This document shows, one piece after another, positions 1 through 9,449 of a DNA stretch of 64,000 nt. A program made the position numbers and the translations under genes. The stretch lies in NCBI GenBank assembly GCA_964415615.1, contig CAYQAW010000002.1, positions 1,897 through 65,896 on the forward strand, written 5' to 3'. Each line of letters opens with the position of its first letter. The stretch's first letter is position 1. This stretch comes from an uncultured Gammaproteobacteria bacterium. Lineage in GTDB: Bacteria; Patescibacteriota; Microgenomatia; Daviesbacterales; UBA10151. The notes below the pieces were generated by a model. It searched no databases and was not told the DNA's origin. It saw only the letters and a list, made by a program, of their open reading frames with translations.

Positions 1-417
1 ACTAACAACATTAGTGGTTTGATTATTTGCAAAGAATTTTTGATCAACCAATGGCCCTGTAGGGCTTGAAATCTGGATTTCATAACCATTTTTATTATTG
101 TTAATAACAGGAGTTATGCTATCTATTACTCCTGATAAAAGATAGACAGCATATAAAGATTTAACAGCTGAAGATGAAGTTTCAATTGGTAGACTGATAT
201 TCAAAGCAGTCGCTACTGCTGGTATTGATGGATTGGATTTATTTGGTATAGTTGCAGATTGATTCCTGGAATTGTTGAATTTGGACAAAAAGTATCCTGC
301 CAGGAAACTTAACAATATAGTTACCAAGAAAACAGTAATCAAAATTGGTCGGGACGAGAGAGAAGGATGGATAAGTGGTTTAGAAGCAACTGGTGGGGGT
401 TGGACAGACGGATCCAT
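1..417 (-). CDS. Membrane-anchored hypothetical protein, runs off the window edge (partial)
   Basis: Read manually: ATG at 417, MDPSVQPPPV..., one N-terminal TM (ILITVFLVTILLSFLAGYFL), open to position 1. Confidence 0.7.
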   Translation of the reverse strand, partial: MDPSVQPPPVASKPLIHPSLSSRPILITVFLVTILLSFLAGYFLSKFNNSRNQSATIPNKSNPSIPAVATALNISLPIETSSSAVKSLYAVYLLSGVIDSITPVINNNKNGYEIQISSPTGPLVDQKFFANNQTTNVVS

Positions 418-456
418 GTTGTAAATATAGAATAAATAAAGGAGAATTACAAGCTA

Positions 457-1527
457 TTAACGAACCATTTTTAAGCTAAAATTCATTTTACCGCTGTTAT
501 ATGGATCAAGGGCGTGCTGACGTAGGATAGCTGAAAAATCAGGCCCCCAGGTTTTATTCGGCTCATCTCTAGTATAAATAAAATGTAGTGTATTAGAGGT
601 TATATATCTATTCAGTTTATTTCCACCTTCAGTGTTGAGATTGGAAGAAGGTAGGCTGAAATGTTTTTGCCATACACCAGCTGAGGTTTTGATGACGTAT
701 AATCTGAGTATTTCTCTCAGACTGGGAATTTGAGTTGATAGATCTTGTCTAGGATCATACCATGTTTTATCTTTAGGCCAAGGTACATCATCTGGATTAT
801 CATAGAAGAAAAACTCAAACTTGTCTCCAGGAGCATATTTTTTGGCAACAGCCACTATTGCTGCCCAGTTATTTTGTGGATCTTCTCTGTTATCAATTAC
901 TCCTACTCTGGAACCCATATTATGAATCATTACTCCATCTCTTTCTAAACTTCCAATTTCTTTTGGAAAAGCAGTAGCAGGAGCTTCAGGTTTAGGTTCC
1001 TGTTTTGGAGGGGGAGCTGGTTCAGGTGCTGGAACAGGTGTTGGCTGTTCCGCTGGAACAGGGGTAGGTGATGGTTTTGGGGTAGGAATTTTGGTAGGTT
1101 CAGGTTTTGCAGGAGGAACTTCTGTGGGTTTAATAGTAGCTGTGGCTGGTATTTTGGTAGGAGGCACTTCTGTTGCTGTTGCAGTAATTGTTGCAGTACT
1201 TGCTGGTCTAGTTGCTGTTGCTGTTCCTGTTGGTGTATTTGAAGCAGTAGGTTCTGTAGTGTTGGTAACAGTGCTGGTAGAAGTAACAGTTGAAGTTTCT
1301 GTAACTGTTGGTGGAGCTGGGAAAGGAGTTTGAGTGACTAGCTCGTTAAAGGTTTTTAAAGAAGGCATAATACCTCCTTCTTGATTTTCACTGGCACTGA
1401 CTGGTTGCCTGGAAGTTCCCTCCAAAATTGCTTTTCCTGCAAGCACTGCACCTGCTGTGCCTGAGAATCCTAAAGCAGCAGCCAGAGCCACACGTAATCC
1501 TGTATGTCTTCTCTCCGGATTAGCCAT
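457..1527 (-). CDS. Secreted/surface protein with long Pro/Thr-rich stalk and C-terminal globular domain
   Basis: Hydrophobic N-terminus, ~120 aa T/P/E-rich linker, 356 aa ORF. Confidence 0.75.
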   Translation of the reverse strand: MANPERRHTGLRVALAAALGFSGTAGAVLAGKAILEGTSRQPVSASENQEGGIMPSLKTFNELVTQTPFPAPPTVTETSTVTSTSTVTNTTEPTASNTPTGTATATRPASTATITATATEVPPTKIPATATIKPTEVPPAKPEPTKIPTPKPSPTPVPAEQPTPVPAPEPAPPPKQEPKPEAPATAFPKEIGSLERDGVMIHNMGSRVGVIDNREDPQNNWAAIVAVAKKYAPGDKFEFFFYDNPDDVPWPKDKTWYDPRQDLSTQIPSLREILRLYVIKTSAGVWQKHFSLPSSNLNTEGGNKLNRYITSNTLHFIYTRDEPNKTWGPDFSAILRQHALDPYNSGKMNFSLKMVR

Positions 1528-1858
1528 TAAGCATCCTTCCTATTAATTCTGTGGCTGTTTGTGTCAATGTTTTTATTAGTGAAGGTGTTTGTGGATTAGA
1601 TAAGGAAACAACCGCAATAGAGGTTCCAGCGCCAACTGCTGCAGTAGTAGTAAGAACTAATGGGCGGTACCATTTATCCTGAGGTTGTCTGCCACCTGAG
1701 AAAATCTCTTTTACAGAAGTGGGGAATTCTCTAAAATTTACCCCTTGACTGAAAGCCAATTTTAAGGTACCGTTAATAGATAACGGTGTCTCTGTGGAAG
1801 GAGCGCTGTTTCTTTTTTGGTTTGAAACGGATCCGTCCAAACCTTCTTTAATATTCAT
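1520..1858 (-). CDS. Hypothetical protein
   Basis: 112 aa ORF overlapping the start of the downstream gene, operon-like. Confidence 0.55.
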   Translation of the reverse strand: MNIKEGLDGSVSNQKRNSAPSTETPLSINGTLKLAFSQGVNFREFPTSVKEIFSGGRQPQDKWYRPLVLTTTAAVGAGTSIAVVSLSNPQTPSLIKTLTQTATELIGRMLNG

Positions 1859-1937
1859 AGGTTATCCTATAGAATAAAATACAATAACTGGATTATACCA
1901 TACCTCTACAAAATAGAGCAATTTGTTGTGGGAAAAT

Positions 1938-1967
1938 TTGACAAAGCATACTATCAAGAAACATAAT
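1938..1967 (+). promoter_or_regulatory. Sigma70-like promoter for pdaD, probably leaderless
   Basis: TTGACA at 1938 and CATAAT at ~1962; ATG 8 nt downstream; no SD. Confidence 0.5.
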
Positions 1968-1975
1968 AACTTAGT

Positions 1976-2470
1976 ATGGATATTCAGGTAATTTGTGGGG
2001 TAGGCAGTGGCAGGACCACACTGTCTGCTTTTGATGCTGCTTTAAAAGATGCTGGAGTTTACAACTATAATTTAATTACCCTGTCTTCTATTATTCCTCC
2101 TGGATCTATTGTTTCCAAGATGAAAAGATATAATTCCCCTCATGCTGAATATGGTCATAAATTATATGTCATCAAAGCAGAGATCAGGAGTGAAGAAGCA
2201 GGCAAATTTATAGCTGCAGGGTTGGGTTGGTACCAAATAGAAGACGGCAGGGGTATGTTTGTAGAACATGAGATTAAAGGGGAGACCAGGCTGGCAGTAG
2301 AGTCTGAAATTGAAAGCAGAATCAGTAGATCTTTAAAGGATTTATGCAGGTTTAGACACATTAAGTTTGATCCTCAAAAGGCTAAATCAGCTACTTCCAT
2401 TACCCAAATCAAGGATCACCCTACCTCTGTTTTAGTTTTAGCTGTTTATCAATCAGAAGGCTGGGAATAA
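1976..2470 (+). CDS. pdaD: Pyruvoyl-dependent arginine decarboxylase
   Basis: LSAFDAALKDAGVYNYNLITLSSIIPP signature including the Ser-Ser autocleavage site. Confidence 0.88.
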   Translation: MDIQVICGVGSGRTTLSAFDAALKDAGVYNYNLITLSSIIPPGSIVSKMKRYNSPHAEYGHKLYVIKAEIRSEEAGKFIAAGLGWYQIEDGRGMFVEHEIKGETRLAVESEIESRISRSLKDLCRFRHIKFDPQKAKSATSITQIKDHPTSVLVLAVYQSEGWE

Positions 2471-2529
2471 TTTTATTAAAATCTATCAGCTTGTTTTAGC
2501 TTTTAAAGTTGGAGTATAATTGATGTGTT

Positions 2530-2739
2530 ATGCAGGCAATTGATTGGAGTGGAATATATAAAAATTATAAGGGTCTATGGGTAGCTTTGGCTAAAGATGA
2601 GCAAACTGTTCTGGCCTCAGGAAAAACTGCTAAAGAAGCATGGGATCGGGCTTTGAAAAAAGGTTTTAAGAAGCCGATTTTAACCCGTATGCCTACAAAG
2701 CTTATCACTTATGTAGGGTTCACAGTTAATGAAATTTAA
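2530..2739 (+). CDS. DUF5678-like small protein
   Basis: YKGLWVAL...VLASGKTAKEA motif; overlaps the protease gene. Confidence 0.7.
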   Translation: MQAIDWSGIYKNYKGLWVALAKDEQTVLASGKTAKEAWDRALKKGFKKPILTRMPTKLITYVGFTVNEI

Positions 2740-3121
2740 ATATAAAAGCTACGGATCAGATATCTTAAGACCAGTCATTCCTATAGAGATTAAGTACAAT
2801 AATTTAGAAGTTCCTTATGAAGTACTAGTTGATTCAGGTGCGGATATATGTATTTTTGATGCAGGTCTTGCTGAGATTTTGGATATTGATCTTGTAAAAG
2901 GGGTCAAGAAACAAATTATAGGTGCTACTGGATTTCCAGAGGATGTATATCTTCATACGGTTTATATTGTGGTTAATAGTTTTGAATTTAAAATTGAAGT
3001 TGGGTTTATGGATATTCGTTCCAATTCATATGGAATTGTTGGACAGAAAGGCTTTTTTGATATTTTTATAGTCAAATTTGATCTACCCAAGAAGATAATA
3101 GAATTAAAATCAGGGAACTAG
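2729..3121 (+). CDS. Retropepsin-like aspartic protease
   Basis: LVDSGAD catalytic motif, C-terminal GIVGQKGFF. Confidence 0.8.
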   Translation: MKFKYKSYGSDILRPVIPIEIKYNNLEVPYEVLVDSGADICIFDAGLAEILDIDLVKGVKKQIIGATGFPEDVYLHTVYIVVNSFEFKIEVGFMDIRSNSYGIVGQKGFFDIFIVKFDLPKKIIELKSGN

Positions 3122-3148
3122 ATTAGAATATGATGGGTATAAATTTTA

Positions 3149-3682
3149 TCACCTGGGTAATTTATTAATATTTAATAACTCCATAAATAAAAGCACTTTT
3201 ATTACTGGTGATGTGGGATGGTAGTTATATGCTGAGTGGGGTTTAATAGGAACAACATCAAAAGGTTTTACCGAAAGTCCTCTGATAAATTGTTTTGCTT
3301 CTTCTAGTACTTGTCCAATTTCAAGGTTAGTAGAATCATTTTTAATTACTCCTACACCTGAGTACAAACAGGGTTTTACCTCACCTGTATATATAACACG
3401 AGGATATCTAATTCCTTCGCCACACTGACCTAACCTGAAGCGATTACAACATCCACCCCCATATAGCATATTTAAGACGTGTATCTTTGTAATACCCATG
3501 ATGAATTGTTCGTAACCATAATTTACTCCATCTCCTGTACTAGAAGCAGTATGTTGTGCACCATTTTTTAATACTTTGTTCCCTTCAGAAATAAAAAGCG
3601 GTCTGTTTTTATTAAAATATTCTTTTTGCAGGTCAATACATAAAAGAGCTAAATTTTGCTTCATAAAAGATTTAATACGCAC
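3149..3682 (-). pseudogene. Probable chimeric remnant: isochorismatase-like N-terminus joined to a Cys-rich radical-SAM/MoaA-like C-terminus
   Basis: ALLCIDLQKEYF (cysteine hydrolase start), then CCNRFRLGQC...RVIYTGEVKPCL; neither domain complete. Confidence 0.45.
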
Positions 3683-4800
3683 CTAGAGAATGGTCCTGTT
3701 TTATTAATCTGTTTTCTGGAATATTTGAAGAACCAATTATAACGTGTCCTTTAAACAATTTTCCAACAACTCTACCTTGAACTCTGGTTTGAAAAGCTAT
3801 GGCTAGCTCGGATAATTCTCTTCTATTGGCATCGAACCAACCTCCACGGTAGACTATTTCACCCCACTCTTGATCCATATTTCTTTTTATCCTTCTTTCT
3901 GTTTGGATTAATACTGCCGATTCGATAAATCTATGCAAAGTATATATTAATTCACTAGCTGGAGATTCGTAAATTCCCATTTCCTTGTGTCCTAACTCCG
4001 GAATAGTATCCTCAAAACCAATAATTCTTCCTATACCATGAGCTGCTCCAAGCTGACTACAACGTATAACAATTTGATAAAGTGGCATTTCCTGTCCATC
4101 TATTGCTATAGGAATACCATTTATAAAATCTAAAGAGAAATTTTGAGCTATATCAGGAGTTTCACTTAATGGTTTAGTTAAAGTAAAAACATTTTTTTCT
4201 TCAATGTCACTTAAGTCATTTAGAGGATCTCCTTCTATAGGCTCTGCCCCAAATATTTTGATCTTCAGCAAATAAGGCACCTTTACCTGATGTAATGCCA
4301 AATCTTTCAAGAAATTGAATCTTTTCTATCCTACTTTGAGGGTTTGTGACAAAAGGACCAATAGGCACCATATTTGGATATAGCGAGCAAGCTTTCTCGA
4401 TTCTATATCTGGTGTTTTGTTTGGCTGTGCAGCCATGAATTACATATGCAGGTCTGTCGTCTGGTAAAAACCTGGCTGCAACTTCCATAATATATGCTCT
4501 CGAAAGAGGAGTGATTAAGGGATATCCCCAATAATTACCATTCATCCGGATAGCTTCAGATAGGTAATTGGTTGCAAACGATTCTTTACCGTCAGTTGTT
4601 TTAAAATCCATACCCAACATTAGAGCTCGTTTGGCTGCCCGTTCAATACTATCTTGAGATTCACCAAGGTCTATCATCAGAAGAAGTATTGGGCAATGAA
4701 GTCTTTCTTTAGCAAGTAAAGGAGCTGCTGTTGAATCTACTCCTCCAGAGTAAAGAGCTACAGCACCATAATTTAGAGCTATTTCTTGAGTTGCTGGCAT
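3672..4800 (-). pseudogene. argG: Argininosuccinate synthase-like gene split by a +1 frameshift near 4240
   Basis: YSGGVDS, YPLITPLSR, HGCT, DQNIWGRA|IEG, HGIGR, YESPA motifs spread over ORFs 4216..4800 and 3672..4310. Confidence 0.8.
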
Positions 4801-4801
4801 G

Positions 4802-4942
4802 TTATTGAATTTCTAATATGACTACTTTTTGAATTTTTTTATTTACTCTAAATTCAATTTCATCGCCTACTCTGTGTCCAAGAAGAGCTTGTGCGAGTGG
4901 GGTTTTAGCATCTAGTAACTTTATTTTCCGATTTCGTTTCAT
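4802..4942 (-). CDS. 46-aa GreA/GreB C-terminal-domain-like protein or fragment
   Basis: Manual translation MKRNRKIKLLDAKTPLAQALLGHRVGDEIEFRVNKKIQKVVILEIQ; stop 1 nt before the argG-like ATG. Confidence 0.6.
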   Translation of the reverse strand: MKRNRKIKLLDAKTPLAQALLGHRVGDEIEFRVNKKIQKVVILEIQ

Positions 4943-4983
4943 ATTTACAAGACGACTATCCCATTTTTATGATGCCTAGGCCA

Positions 4984-5025
4984 TGACAAGTTTGTCAGGA
5001 AAGCTGACAAGCTTTGTGGTAGAAT
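4984..5025 (+). promoter_or_regulatory. Putative operator (TGACAAGTTTGTCA plus second TGACAAG) and extended -10 (TGTGGTAGAAT) of the NB-ARC gene
   Basis: Inverted repeat 4984-4997, TGACAAG again at 5005, TAGAAT 5020-5025, ATG 7 nt later. Confidence 0.5.
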
Positions 5026-5032
5026 CGCCCTA

Positions 5033-7087
5033 ATGATTGGAGCAGCAGATAGGTTTAGAGTGCTTTTTAAAAAGTATCGATTAAAATCTGAAATTTCTAC
5101 CCTTTCGCAGTTGGGCCGTTTGCTTGCTGAAAAAGGGTTTGTCTACGAAGATAGTATTTTTTCCCACTGGCAAAAGGGGACCAGGATTCCTCAAAACCGC
5201 ACAGTTATCTTGAAACTTCTTGAAATTTTCGTTGAACGGAAAGCTATTGATTCACTTAGTCAAGCTAATGAGCTTCTAGCATCAGCAAATCAAGGATATT
5301 TATCTGAAAAAGAGTTACAGAAAATTCCAATAAAACTTAGTAACCCAATATTTCAAGTTCCTAATGAGATTACTGATTTTCAAGGAAGAGAAAAAATTAT
5401 AGATGAACTTATTAATAAAAAGAACATTGAAGGAAAAATTATACTCATTCATGGCGCTGCCGGAGTGGGGAAGACAGCATTGGCAATAAAACTAGGTCAT
5501 CTTTTGAAAGATAGGTTTAAGGACGGGGTTTTATGGTACAAGGTTGAAGAAGATAATATCATGGATATTCTTCTTTCAATAGCGCATTTATTTGGTGAAG
5601 ATATAAGTAATATCAATAATTTACAAGTTAGAGCAACTATTGTTAGATCGTTGCTTGCTGCTAAAAATGTCTTACTCTTCCTTGATAGTGGTGAATTATA
5701 TGATGATATCCATTTACTGATACCTAATTCTCCAGTTTGTACAACTATTATTACATCTCAAAAAGGTCATTTGAAAACCCCGATTCGTTTTATAGATATT
5801 CAGTTAAATCCCTTTACTGACAGTGAGGTTTTATCTCTTTTTAAGGATATTTTAAAAGATAAATTTAAAAAAAATAGTCCAAATGATCTTCTTAAAGTTA
5901 CCAAGAAGGTGGAGAACCTGCCACTGGCTGTTCATATTTTGGCTAGACAGTTATTACATTCAAAACTTAGCGCTATTCAGTTTCCCAGTTTGCTTAGTAA
6001 TGAAAAGTCTGTTTTTCAAGATTTGTATTATGAAGATAAAAATTTATATGCAGCTATTGCTGCCAGTTATAACAAACTTGATAGTATAATGAAATCAGTT
6101 CTAGTATCTGCTTCTATATTTAAAGGAAAAGATTTTTCCCTCAAAACCATAGGGTATATAAATGGTCTTTCAATACCAGCTACAACCAAAACTCTACAAG
6201 ATCTGGTTGATCTTTCTCTTATTGAACATTCATTAAAAAATAGATACAGAATACATCCGGCAATAAAAGATTTTGTCCGAAACAAATTGGATTACCCTCG
6301 ATCATCATATTTAATGATTATTGCTATCTTCATATTTTCCTTTTTCGTCACATGGTGGGTTTTTCTTCAGCTGTTTATTGATAAAAATAACTTCATGTAC
6401 CATATTTTTTCAGCAACCTATGGTCTGATGGCGGTTTTTGGAGGAATCTGGGGAATCCATACCTCATTGAATTGGGGAGGTTTTAAAACACTTATTGGCA
6501 AAGCTATTTTTATGTTTTCATTGGGGTTTTTTGCACAAGTGTTTGGACAAATTGTTTATTCTTATTATTCTATTTTCCATCAGATAAAAGCACCGTATCC
6601 TTCTATTGGAGATATTGGTTATTTCGGTACAATCCCTTTTTACATATATGGAGTAATTTTGCTGGCAAAATCTTCAGGCATCAAGATTAATATTCAATCC
6701 TTCAAGAAGAAAATGATTGCTTTGGTAATTCCAATTATTATACTGACAATAGGTTATATTCTTTTCTTACGAAATTACACTTTTGATTGGAGTAATCCTT
6801 TGAAAGTTTTCCTGGATTTTGGGTATCCTTTCGGTGAAGCAATTTATATCTCTATTGCCATAATAACATTTATTTTTTCAAGAAATATCATGGATGGTAT
6901 TTTGAGGTCAAAAGCATTATTAGTATTGGTTGCGCTTGTTTTCCAATTTCTTGCTGACTATGTCTTTCTATATAACTCGAGCAGTTTTTATTCTGGAAAT
7001 TATATGGATTTTATTTATCTTACTGCTTATTTCGTAATGACAGTAGCACTCTTAAGTTTAAGGTCGCTTCATGTCAAGGTGTATTAA
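5033..7087 (+). CDS. HTH + NB-ARC (STAND) ATPase + winged helix + C-terminal ~8-TM sensor-like domain
   Basis: FSHWQKGTRIP HTH, FQGRE, Walker A GAAGVGKT, LLFLD, NLPLA, RIHP; C-terminal ~260 aa hydrophobic and paralogous to 8341..9141. Confidence 0.85.
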   Translation: MIGAADRFRVLFKKYRLKSEISTLSQLGRLLAEKGFVYEDSIFSHWQKGTRIPQNRTVILKLLEIFVERKAIDSLSQANELLASANQGYLSEKELQKIPIKLSNPIFQVPNEITDFQGREKIIDELINKKNIEGKIILIHGAAGVGKTALAIKLGHLLKDRFKDGVLWYKVEEDNIMDILLSIAHLFGEDISNINNLQVRATIVRSLLAAKNVLLFLDSGELYDDIHLLIPNSPVCTTIITSQKGHLKTPIRFIDIQLNPFTDSEVLSLFKDILKDKFKKNSPNDLLKVTKKVENLPLAVHILARQLLHSKLSAIQFPSLLSNEKSVFQDLYYEDKNLYAAIAASYNKLDSIMKSVLVSASIFKGKDFSLKTIGYINGLSIPATTKTLQDLVDLSLIEHSLKNRYRIHPAIKDFVRNKLDYPRSSYLMIIAIFIFSFFVTWWVFLQLFIDKNNFMYHIFSATYGLMAVFGGIWGIHTSLNWGGFKTLIGKAIFMFSLGFFAQVFGQIVYSYYSIFHQIKAPYPSIGDIGYFGTIPFYIYGVILLAKSSGIKINIQSFKKKMIALVIPIIILTIGYILFLRNYTFDWSNPLKVFLDFGYPFGEAIYISIAIITFIFSRNIMDGILRSKALLVLVALVFQFLADYVFLYNSSSFYSGNYMDFIYLTAYFVMTVALLSLRSLHVKVY

Positions 7088-7121
7088 ACACAAGATTATT
7101 ATGTGATAATATTTATATCAA

Positions 7122-7502
7122 ATGGATGTTGTAATAAATTTTTTCTCCAAAACTTGGGGATTATTCTGGTCTATCTGGCCCAAAAGTTTTTGGTTTTTGG
7201 TACTTGGATCAGCGGTAGCTGAAGCTATTTCTGTAACTGTTTTTAGGGTAGTGGGCAATAGAGGGTGGTTTGCTATTTTAGGTTATGTTTTGGGTTTTCT
7301 AACAGTTGCTTTTTATGCAGAAAGTCAGAAATATTCAACTTTATCTGCGTCATATCCTATATGGTTAGCAGCGGTGGCAGTATTGGTTAGTTTCAGCGCT
7401 TTTTTTATCTTTCGTGAGCAAGTCTCTCTAAAATGGGTCATAGGGTTTATACTAACAATAGTAGGAATACTGCTTATACAAACTTCGATTCCCGAAAAAT
7501 AG
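7122..7502 (+). CDS. SMR/DMT-family small exporter
   Basis: Four TM helices, Glu in TM1 (AVAEA), SYPIW, FREQVS...IGFILTIVGILLI. Confidence 0.8.
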   Translation: MDVVINFFSKTWGLFWSIWPKSFWFLVLGSAVAEAISVTVFRVVGNRGWFAILGYVLGFLTVAFYAESQKYSTLSASYPIWLAAVAVLVSFSAFFIFREQVSLKWVIGFILTIVGILLIQTSIPEK

Positions 7503-7506
7503 TATT

Positions 7507-8295
7507 ATGCACAAAGTTGTAATTGAACCGGAATTCGAAAGCTTTGAGCCAAAACATTACTTGAAAGCTTATTATTCTAAAGTTGGTTCTGAAAATCTTA
7601 GTCTTTTGGAATTTTTCTCAAAGATTTATCAAGATATACCAAAAGGTTCAATTTTGCTTGAATTTGGAGGTGGGCCGACAATATATCCCTTAATAACTGC
7701 AGCTTCAAAAGTTAAAGCTATTCATTTTGCAGATTATTTAGATACAAATTTGGATGAAATTAGATTATGGAAGAATAATTCTGAAGAAGCTTTCAATTGG
7801 CGCAAATATTTCAAAAAAGCTCTATTCCTAGAAGGAAATAAAAGGGTGACAAAAAAACAGATTATTGCCAGAGAAAAATTGGTAAGAAAGAAAATTACGA
7901 GATTTTTACATTGTGATGCATTTAAAAAAGATCCAATAGATAAAAAATACCGGAATTTCTATGATATTATAAATACAAATTTTGTCACAGAGTCTATTAC
8001 AGATAATAAATATATTTGGGAAAGTCTGATTGCTAATGTTTGTTCAATGCTAACAAAAGATGGAATACTTATTATGACAGCAATTAAAGATGCAAAATAT
8101 TACCACGTTGGTAAAAAAACTTTTCCTGCTACCAGGATTATAGAAGAGGATATAATCCAAGTTTTAACAAAGCTGGGATTTGAGGAGACGAGTTTTTCTT
8201 CATACTCTATACCAGCTGAAGTTGAGGATGAACAGTTAGTCGGTTATACAGGATATAAAGGGATAATTTTCTTAAAGGCAAAAAATAGAGGTTAA
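7507..8295 (+). CDS. NNMT/PNMT/TEMT-family SAM-dependent amine N-methyltransferase
   Basis: FEPKHYLKAYY, LLEFGGGPTIY, FADYLDTNLDEIRLW, AFNW motifs typical of NNMT/PNMT. Confidence 0.85.
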   Translation: MHKVVIEPEFESFEPKHYLKAYYSKVGSENLSLLEFFSKIYQDIPKGSILLEFGGGPTIYPLITAASKVKAIHFADYLDTNLDEIRLWKNNSEEAFNWRKYFKKALFLEGNKRVTKKQIIAREKLVRKKITRFLHCDAFKKDPIDKKYRNFYDIINTNFVTESITDNKYIWESLIANVCSMLTKDGILIMTAIKDAKYYHVGKKTFPATRIIEEDIIQVLTKLGFEETSFSSYSIPAEVEDEQLVGYTGYKGIIFLKAKNRG

Positions 8296-8340
8296 TCTAT
8301 CGCTTGCTTTTTAAAAAACTTTAATCTATTCTAAATTTAG

Positions 8341-9141
8341 ATGTTAAAAACAATAATAGAATCAAAATTTACTTATTGGATTGTTTTTCTTTATCTTCTG
8401 ACGTTCGCTTGGTGGGTATATCTTCAATTAGGTAATTTAACCAATACCATGCAAGCTTACCTATTCGATTGGTTTTATGGTCTAATCGGTTTTAGTGGTG
8501 CATTGTATGGTCTTTATATTTCTTTTAAAAAATGGGGTGGTTGGAATAGTATTTTAGGAAGGGGGTTAATTTTATTACCTTTTGGATTGCTCGGTCAATG
8601 GTTTGGTTTGCAGGTTTGGACATATTATAATGTGATAGCAAAAGTTGAAACACCTTATCCTTCTTTTGCAGATGCTGGTTATTTTGCACTTATACCAGCG
8701 TATACTTTAGGCGCCTTAATGTTTGCCTGGGCAGCAGGGGCAAAATTTTCACTTAAAACTAAAAGAGGAAAAATAGGAGCGTTATTTATTCCTTTAATTG
8801 CACTTGCTTTTGCTTACGTTCTTTTTCTAAAAGATATAGGTTTTGATACTTCTGATCTGGTAAAAACATTTTTAGATTTTGGGTATCCTTTAGGAGAAAT
8901 CTTGCCAGTTTCAATAGCCTTATTCACCTTGACGTTGTCGAGAAGCCTTTTGGGTGGCACCATGAGAAGTAGGATTTTATATTTGATAGGCGCTTTTTTC
9001 TTCCAATTTTTAACTGAGTATGGTTTTTTATACGCTGCAGGAGCAGGTACATATGTTAATGGTGGATGGAATGACTTAATGTATTTTACTTCCTATGCAA
9101 TTATGAGTATTGGTTTAATTTCATTTAAATCATACGATTAA
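8341..9141 (+). CDS. Stand-alone ~8-TM sensor-like membrane protein
   Basis: PYPSFADAGY and LDFGYPLGE motifs; colinear with the NB-ARC C-terminal domain. Confidence 0.8.
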   Translation: MLKTIIESKFTYWIVFLYLLTFAWWVYLQLGNLTNTMQAYLFDWFYGLIGFSGALYGLYISFKKWGGWNSILGRGLILLPFGLLGQWFGLQVWTYYNVIAKVETPYPSFADAGYFALIPAYTLGALMFAWAAGAKFSLKTKRGKIGALFIPLIALAFAYVLFLKDIGFDTSDLVKTFLDFGYPLGEILPVSIALFTLTLSRSLLGGTMRSRILYLIGAFFFQFLTEYGFLYAAGAGTYVNGGWNDLMYFTSYAIMSIGLISFKSYD

Positions 9142-9146
9142 AACTT

Positions 9147-9425
9147 ATGGATCCGTATGTTTTGGCAGTCAGCAGGATAATAAAGGAGCAGCAATCGATC
9201 ATTGGACCGATTGCTCTAGATCAGGCCAAAAAAGTGGCTGGGCTGGAATTTAGTGGAGTAGATGATGTTAAAATTACTGGTAATAAAAAGGAAGTCCTAA
9301 CAAATCTGGTTAATCAGTTTGCCAAACTTTTTGGACAAGCCTCAGTTGAAGTATGCAAAGAAGCTTTTTCTCAAGTTTCAGATAAAATTAATCCCTTAGA
9401 AGTACCTGATATTCTCAAAAACTGA
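9147..9425 (+). CDS. Small alpha-helical hypothetical protein, possible adaptor
   Basis: 92 aa ORF tightly packed between the membrane sensor and the kinase. Confidence 0.75.
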   Translation: MDPYVLAVSRIIKEQQSIIGPIALDQAKKVAGLEFSGVDDVKITGNKKEVLTNLVNQFAKLFGQASVEVCKEAFSQVSDKINPLEVPDILKN

Positions 9426-9449
9426 TAATTTGTGTTACCATAGTTTTGC

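Noticed and set aside
4216-4310. Programmed frameshift in the argG-like gene
   Set aside because: No slippery run at the junction; neighbouring lesions favour decay or sequence error
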